From IMG/VR virus record IMGVR_UViG_3300009430_000004, positions 62,001 to 126,000 of that record: a stretch of 64,000 bases of DNA. One strand, given 5' to 3'. Numbering within the stretch: position 1 is the stretch's first letter; each line of letters begins with the position of its first letter. The notes beneath the pieces are model-generated. The model saw only the letters and a list, made by a program, of their open reading frames with translations, did not search any database and was not told the origin of the DNA. This document shows, in pieces, positions 58,745-64,000 of this stretch. Made by a program: the position numbers and the translations under genes.

Positions 58745-59497
58745 ATGTTGTATGAAAGACACAATTACTTGAATAAAAATATAGCATATTTAGTGTCAAA
58801 TGAGATAGTAGAGTATGATATCAAGTCGGCAGGATTTAATATCATGAAACGATATAAGCTACTTGAAGATTACAAGATTAGCTATCTTGAGAGACTAAAT
58901 AAGAAGCAAAGACAAATCCAAATAGGTTTGTATATAAAAAATGATAAAGAACTTGGCAAAACATTAAATGAAAAGTTCGTTGAAGTGCGTAGGTGGTTCT
59001 TCGAGCAGAATAATATTCAAGACGATGACGTTCTTTCTATAAAGAAAGACGCTATTATAACACTTAAACGATGTTTAAATACACAACTTGATAACCTCGA
59101 ATTCATCGAGAAAAATATTTATACATCATACTATTATCTAAACAACATGGAATTCTATTATAATCGTGATAATATTCACGTCAAAGGCATCTCAGATGAA
59201 TTACTAGAATTGCATAAAGAATACATGTTGGATTTTCTACATGACTTCTTTAAGATGAACGAGATATCCAAAAGAAAAAAAGTAGTAGAATTACTAAATG
59301 ATTTTGCTTTCTATTATAAGGATAGAAAGTTAGAAATGGGATACTATAGAGAGTTAAATAAACAATCACTTTTCAGGTTGAGGGATAACCTGTTTAACAA
59401 CACACTCGGGATAAAGGATGTAGGAGACATAAGCAAAATAGACATAGGTTATAATTATTTCAATTATGTCGTTCCATTAATAAGTATTTTAATTTAA
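58745..59497 (+). CDS. Divergent family-B DNA polymerase palm-like protein
   Basis: EYDIKSA resembles PolB motif A (DxxS) and SIKKDAII resembles motif C; only 250 aa, consistent with the split polymerases of phiKZ-like phages. Confidence 0.5.
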   Translation: MLYERHNYLNKNIAYLVSNEIVEYDIKSAGFNIMKRYKLLEDYKISYLERLNKKQRQIQIGLYIKNDKELGKTLNEKFVEVRRWFFEQNNIQDDDVLSIKKDAIITLKRCLNTQLDNLEFIEKNIYTSYYYLNNMEFYYNRDNIHVKGISDELLELHKEYMLDFLHDFFKMNEISKRKKVVELLNDFAFYYKDRKLEMGYYRELNKQSLFRLRDNLFNNTLGIKDVGDISKIDIGYNYFNYVVPLISILI

Positions 59498-59504
59498 AAG
59501 GAGT

Positions 59505-59720
59505 GTGTATTTTATGTTTAATAATAATGATGGAAATAACAGATGGAGAATAGTTCCAATGAAAAGAGGCGGATACAGAATTGAGCCAGGTAGTATATTA
59601 GATGGAATTGAATCTCCTGCTGGAATAGTGGCAGCTATCGTAATCATAGGGTATGCAGCATATAAGATTTATCAAGTGCTTGCACCGTTACTCTATGGAA
59701 GTTTCTTTATAATGTTTTAA
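59505..59720 (+). CDS. Small membrane protein
   Basis: 71 aa with a hydrophobic C-terminal half. Confidence 0.5.
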   Translation: MYFMFNNNDGNNRWRIVPMKRGGYRIEPGSILDGIESPAGIVAAIVIIGYAAYKIYQVLAPLLYGSFFIMF

Positions 59721-59721
59721 T

Positions 59722-59955
59722 TTGAAGGGGGTAAATGATATGTCAAATAAAAAGTTTACAAAAATCGCATTATGTATTATTACTTGTACAACAGGCGTAT
59801 TGCTAGTTAATGGTTTAATATTAGCTTTTGCAGCTTATGTATGTTCCAATGCAACTTTGTTTGACGTTCTTACGTTAACTTTCAAATTAACAAGCGGATT
59901 TTGGGCAGTTGTTTTAAGTGCAATATTGGTTCACTATAAAAGATTAATTGCATAA
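59722..59955 (+). CDS. Small two-TM membrane protein
   Basis: Two hydrophobic segments; likely start at MSNKK after GGGGGT. Confidence 0.5.
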   Translation: MKGVNDMSNKKFTKIALCIITCTTGVLLVNGLILAFAAYVCSNATLFDVLTLTFKLTSGFWAVVLSAILVHYKRLIA

Positions 59956-60010
59956 AAGCAAGCTGGGGGATAAAAGATGGGGAAGAAATTTATAAAAAGC
60001 AAAAGAAAAT

Positions 60011-60046
60011 GACCAAGTAGCGAAAGCTACTTGGTCTTTATTTTTT
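60011..60046. terminator. Terminator between convergent operons
   Basis: gaccaagtagc-gaaa-gctacttggtc followed by a T tract. Confidence 0.75.
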
Positions 60047-60431
60047 TCTCTTTTTGATATTCCATTAATAATAACTCCACATTCTTAGTGACATATCTAA
60101 TTATATATGTCCTATCGTGGTAAAATTCAAGTTCTTTTAAGAATGATTCATTAAAGGACGTTAAAACTCTTTCAACCAATTCCTTTAGGTCATCCTCAAA
60201 CTTATAAATTATTTTGATATCTTTTAGTTCATATTCGAATTTATATTTGTACATAAACTCCCTTTGAACTGTCTCATTGATGATTGTGAGAAGCTTTTTG
60301 TATTTAAGTCCGCTCACCTTTGTTTTTTTATTTTCCTCTAACCATTTTCCTATTTTGGAAACAAGTATTAGGTTTGAGACAATCATCGCTAACGCAACAA
60401 CTATCATAGCTATTAGATTAATATCCTTCAT
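60027..60431 (-). CDS. Membrane-anchored hypothetical protein
   Basis: N-terminal TM helix; TAATG translational coupling to the GGDEF gene. Confidence 0.6.
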   Translation of the reverse strand: MKDINLIAMIVVALAMIVSNLILVSKIGKWLEENKKTKVSGLKYKKLLTIINETVQREFMYKYKFEYELKDIKIIYKFEDDLKELVERVLTSFNESFLKELEFYHDRTYIIRYVTKNVELLLMEYQKEKKIKTK

Positions 60432-60910
60432 TATACCATCTCCCCTCTTTTTAGATTCTTAAGATTAAAGAATATAGTCTCAAGCGATTGATTTTCAAGG
60501 TCTTGGAAAGACATATATGTCTCAGGACATAATTTATAAGCTGCCATCTTATCCATTGTTTTAGTAAAAGTTTCCCAATCAATATCATGTTTAAGGAGAA
60601 CTATAAGCTCATCTCCTCCAAATCTAATTGGTATAAAATCATCTACTTTTGCTGCAATTAATGAATGTAAAATAGCCATTGCTGTCCGCATTATACACAT
60701 GTCTCCAACCATGTACCCCTGAGTTTCATTCATACATTTTAAATCTTTAATATCCACAAATATCATTTTGTTATAATCTTTTAAGTTTTCGAAATACAGA
60801 ATTTCCCTTCTGTAAAAAAAAGTTAGGTTGTCCCTCAATAGAGTTTCAACCTTTAAAGCAGCCTCACAGTTACAATTACCGCAAGCTTCTTTGAAGAATT
60901 TGTTGCTCAT
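60431..60910 (-). CDS. Stand-alone GGDEF (diguanylate cyclase-like) domain protein
   Basis: IFVDIKDLKCMNETQGYMVGD...RFGGDELIV matches D-I-D-x-FK-x-IND-xx-GH-xx-GD...R-x-GGDEF; SD AGGAGG. Confidence 0.75.
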   Translation of the reverse strand: MSNKFFKEACGNCNCEAALKVETLLRDNLTFFYRREILYFENLKDYNKMIFVDIKDLKCMNETQGYMVGDMCIMRTAMAILHSLIAAKVDDFIPIRFGGDELIVLLKHDIDWETFTKTMDKMAAYKLCPETYMSFQDLENQSLETIFFNLKNLKRGEMV

Positions 60911-60935
60911 AACCCACGCCTCCTAAGTTATTATA

Positions 60936-61592
60936 TTAAAAGTCAAGATTCTTAGACCATTTAGTTATAGAATCTTTTAACTCCAATACATTTTTATCGA
61001 AACTATCATATTTCTCCGATAATTCGATATAATGATTAATTTTACTTATTTGTTCCTCGTGTAATCCATTCTTATATTTTTTCAGAAAGGCGGTTAAATC
61101 TCCAAATGCTTGATGTAAGTTAATAAATATATTGTTTTCATGAACCTCTTGATGAACAGTCTTGGATAACATAACAACTTGAATATTGTTAGCAAAGTGC
61201 TCATCTATGAGTATATCAGATACTATAAATGTATTTATTTTCTTATTATTATAAATTAGATAATCGGTTACTATAGCGGCGTAGTCGAATAATGTGAGAA
61301 TAGGACCATGATGCATTTCTATTTCGGCATATTCATCCTCAATATTGGATAATACCTGACAAAATGTCAATCCTATTTCTTCCTTAAGATATTTTATATA
61401 TCTTGAATAAAAGTTTGATGTTCTAACCATCTTCTCGACAGATTTAACAAAAGATACGAAATTGTCAATATTAGAGAAATATTCAGCATCTTTATAAAAT
61501 GGTAATTCATACTCACCAGTGTCTGACTCGATGGTTGGATTCTTGCTAATTTTCTTGTAGTCAATATTAGGTAATTTATTCATAACCATCAT
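60936..61592 (-). CDS. HNH-like protein, paralogue of 51353..52030
   Basis: C...IEMHHGPILTLFD...VVMLSKTVHQEVH; late-type promoter at 61626-61637. Confidence 0.6.
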   Translation of the reverse strand: MMVMNKLPNIDYKKISKNPTIESDTGEYELPFYKDAEYFSNIDNFVSFVKSVEKMVRTSNFYSRYIKYLKEEIGLTFCQVLSNIEDEYAEIEMHHGPILTLFDYAAIVTDYLIYNNKKINTFIVSDILIDEHFANNIQVVMLSKTVHQEVHENNIFINLHQAFGDLTAFLKKYKNGLHEEQISKINHYIELSEKYDSFDKNVLELKDSITKWSKNLDF

Positions 61593-61670
61593 CCCCTTTT
61601 TGATTTTATTTGTACTACAATTACTTAATATATTGTTAATGTTATAAATATGAAAGGAGTTGACGATATA

Positions 61671-64000
61671 ATGTATATTTTGGATACTATATTTAGAGAC
61701 CTTCGTACGATAATAAATACTATAGTTATCAAGTACGATAAAAAAGGAAAAGAATTAGATACATTAGACATCGTAAGAGAATCTGATAGATATATATCTG
61801 CAAAATTAGCTCAGGATAGTTTTAATACTTATCAGAGCTTTGATATTGATGTTATAGTTGCAGCGGGAATCAATGACCTTGAATTTGCAACAAAATGTAA
61901 TGCGGATAAATATCTAATCCCCCTCACTAAGAGGAATGATGTTGTTTCAAAACAACGTGAAAAAGTTATAAACACTTATGTTGAAAGAAATAATTACTAC
62001 AGAATGCTCAATGGACTACCTGATATTGAAGATTTTGATTATATCTTCGTTGATGAAATAACCTGCACTGAGCTAAGTCTTAATCCTAATACCCCAATAC
62101 ATGAGTATACTAAGGAGGAGATAATAAGACTTGAAAGCTATGGCATATTAGAATCAATAAAGAAAGAATATCTAACTAAGAAGTATTTAAATTATCTTGG
62201 ACCTAATAGTATAGATATAGTTAGGGCAAGGAGTGCCAGAAACTTCAGTATTTTGAGAATGTCTCAGAGTATGTCAGAGAGTTTTTATGAAGAGTTTAAT
62301 AACATATATGAACAGTGTAGAGAATACTTTATGTCTGTTCTATATATAAAAGAGTATGGTAAGGAGTATGACTTATATGATAACTTCATGGCAATGATGA
62401 TATTCATAATGTCAATACAAAGACTTATCACAAATACTTTTAAATATGGTATTGAGCGAGATTTCTACGACCTAGGATCAATAGAAATGATGTTCAATGC
62501 TTACAATGTTCCGTTCATAGCGGAACTGCCTATAGAATATCAACGTATTCTCCTTCGTAACCTAAATAACCTTCTAAGGTATAAATCTACTGATAAGGTT
62601 CTATATGATGTTTGTACTCTATTGGGTTTTGAACGTATAAGAATATTTAAGTATTATCTTATGAAGGAACATGCTCTCGATGTCAATGAGAACCCATTGT
62701 TTGTTTATAAAACTATTAAGGATGAGCATGGTAATGACATAGTGGTTGAAGATAAAGAGCAGATGTACCGATTCTATTTCCAGACAGTTGACCTTAAGGA
62801 AAGAAATGTTGCACTTGCACTCACCGACTCGACAGCTAAACTTGATTATAATCAAGTAACTGTAGAAGACCCATATTGGTGGGAAGACGAAGATCTTAGG
62901 GAAGCACTGTACAATACTGAGTTCAATTATGTTGAAACTAAATTCTTGAATATGAATATAATGTACAAATTGACAGAAATGTTATTTGAGGTTATATATA
63001 CATTCAGAATGTTGGTTGATAAAAAAACAGAAGTTGATCGTATTACAATACAACTTCCGAAGATATTCGATAAGAAGGAGATTAAATTATTTGATTTGGC
63101 TATCTTCTTATCTGCTTTACTATGTAAGAAGAATAAGATGAGTGGGAACATCCTACACACCCCATCTAAGATTCTATCAGTAATGGGATTTAATTTCAGT
63201 GCTGATATGAATAAGGTGAGAGAATATATTGATAAAAACCCTCGTCTATTTGACAGAGAAACGCTGAAAAGATATCTTGAGAGATTGAATATTTATAATC
63301 CTCAGGATGTAAATGCGGTATTTACTAATGTTAAGAAGTTTAACGATTTCATTGTAGACAAGATGGCTAAGAGCCAGAATATTGAAGAGTATAGAGCATA
63401 TCAACAATTACACAAGACTCTCATGATAACAAATGAGACAACAGACTTATTCAAAAAAGATGATGGTACTATTGCTGAAACATTCCTTGATTATCTTGAG
63501 TATAGCGACTTTGACCTATATACTTTCGTAACAACATGCGATGAGTCTAAAATTTCTGAGTATATTGAACACGGCTTATTTAAACTAAATGAGCTCATGA
63601 CAACCTTAAAATATACTTATATACTTAATGACTCAAACAATGCATTGCTTAATGCTGTAATAACATTAATTCGTTTCTTCAAGTCATATACAACAGACTT
63701 GAGTAACTTCAATATCTTATATCTAATGGATAGTCGATATTACAATATGATAAAGTTAATCAATGACATCCATTTTATAGATAAATGCAACTGTATTAAA
63801 GAGCCAATGAAGGCTATAAAATTAAAAGAAAAACTTACTCCAAAGAGTAAAATATGGCATAATGATTTGGAGCAATTCAAATACAAGGTTAAATCTGTTA
63901 GTGTTGATGCAACTATTAGTGATGAGAAGCATTTCGAAAATGTTATTTCATCAATTAATGCAAATTATAAAATTTACTCCAAATTGATGCTAGATTATAT
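61671..64000 (+). CDS. Large putative virion structural protein, truncated at window end (not in ORF track)
   Basis: SD AAAGGAG; MYILDTIFRDLRTIINTIVIKYDKK...YVERNNYYRMLNGLP...LRYKSTDKV...; frame appears open to the window end. The E.N.YYR.L.G.P motif is reminiscent of jumbo-phage baseplate-associated proteins. Confidence 0.65.
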   Translation, partial: MYILDTIFRDLRTIINTIVIKYDKKGKELDTLDIVRESDRYISAKLAQDSFNTYQSFDIDVIVAAGINDLEFATKCNADKYLIPLTKRNDVVSKQREKVINTYVERNNYYRMLNGLPDIEDFDYIFVDEITCTELSLNPNTPIHEYTKEEIIRLESYGILESIKKEYLTKKYLNYLGPNSIDIVRARSARNFSILRMSQSMSESFYEEFNNIYEQCREYFMSVLYIKEYGKEYDLYDNFMAMMIFIMSIQRLITNTFKYGIERDFYDLGSIEMMFNAYNVPFIAELPIEYQRILLRNLNNLLRYKSTDKVLYDVCTLLGFERIRIFKYYLMKEHALDVNENPLFVYKTIKDEHGNDIVVEDKEQMYRFYFQTVDLKERNVALALTDSTAKLDYNQVTVEDPYWWEDEDLREALYNTEFNYVETKFLNMNIMYKLTEMLFEVIYTFRMLVDKKTEVDRITIQLPKIFDKKEIKLFDLAIFLSALLCKKNKMSGNILHTPSKILSVMGFNFSADMNKVREYIDKNPRLFDRETLKRYLERLNIYNPQDVNAVFTNVKKFNDFIVDKMAKSQNIEEYRAYQQLHKTLMITNETTDLFKKDDGTIAETFLDYLEYSDFDLYTFVTTCDESKISEYIEHGLFKLNELMTTLKYTYILNDSNNALLNAVITLIRFFKSYTTDLSNFNILYLMDSRYYNMIKLINDIHFIDKCNCIKEPMKAIKLKEKLTPKSKIWHNDLEQFKYKVKSVSVDATISDEKHFENVISSINANYKIYSKLMLDY

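Noticed and set aside
1-64000. Stop-codon reassignment as the explanation for broken genes
   Set aside because: Coding density is high under the standard code; TAG and TGA end genes at sensible positions; the three breaks are frame changes, not in-frame stops.

Overview
A 64 kb, AT-rich segment of a jumbo bacteriophage genome of the phiKZ/AR9-like type that encodes its own multisubunit RNA polymerase. The host is probably a Firmicute, inferred from strong SD sites, SH3b domains, an LL-H-type holin and a class II RNR. The left half (1-34.7 kb) is mainly a late/virion region. It holds four tandem paralogous internal-head-type proteins, two SH3b-tipped tail/baseplate proteins, a baseplate wedge protein, a RusA-like resolvase, a 3973-aa tape-measure-like protein with C39-like peptidase and lysozyme-like domains, and a virion-type RNAP beta subunit. 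The right half holds small early genes, a dTTP pathway (tmk, nrdJ, dCMP deaminase, thyA, folA), a DHH phosphoesterase, a holin, RNase H, a Nudix hydrolase, a protein kinase, a PolB-like fragment, two HNH-like paralogues, a stand-alone GGDEF protein and a truncated large structural gene. Two phage promoter classes are visible directly: TATATATTAT (12 copies, early-type) and AAC[A/T]-N6-T[A/G] (about 19 copies, matching the AR9 late consensus). Main observations: (1) RNAP beta continues into a Zn ribbon and a degenerate SET domain, and across a -1 frameshift at A_AAA_AAC into a P-loop kinase. (2) A hairpin with an embedded late promoter locks the RNAP beta start codon. (3) Two divergent, structured, GC-rich putative small RNAs sit behind identical 13-nt promoter heads. 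(4) AR9-type promoters occur in a phage that appears to make thymine. (5) The phage encodes a GGDEF domain. All product calls are from motif recognition by eye; no searches were run.
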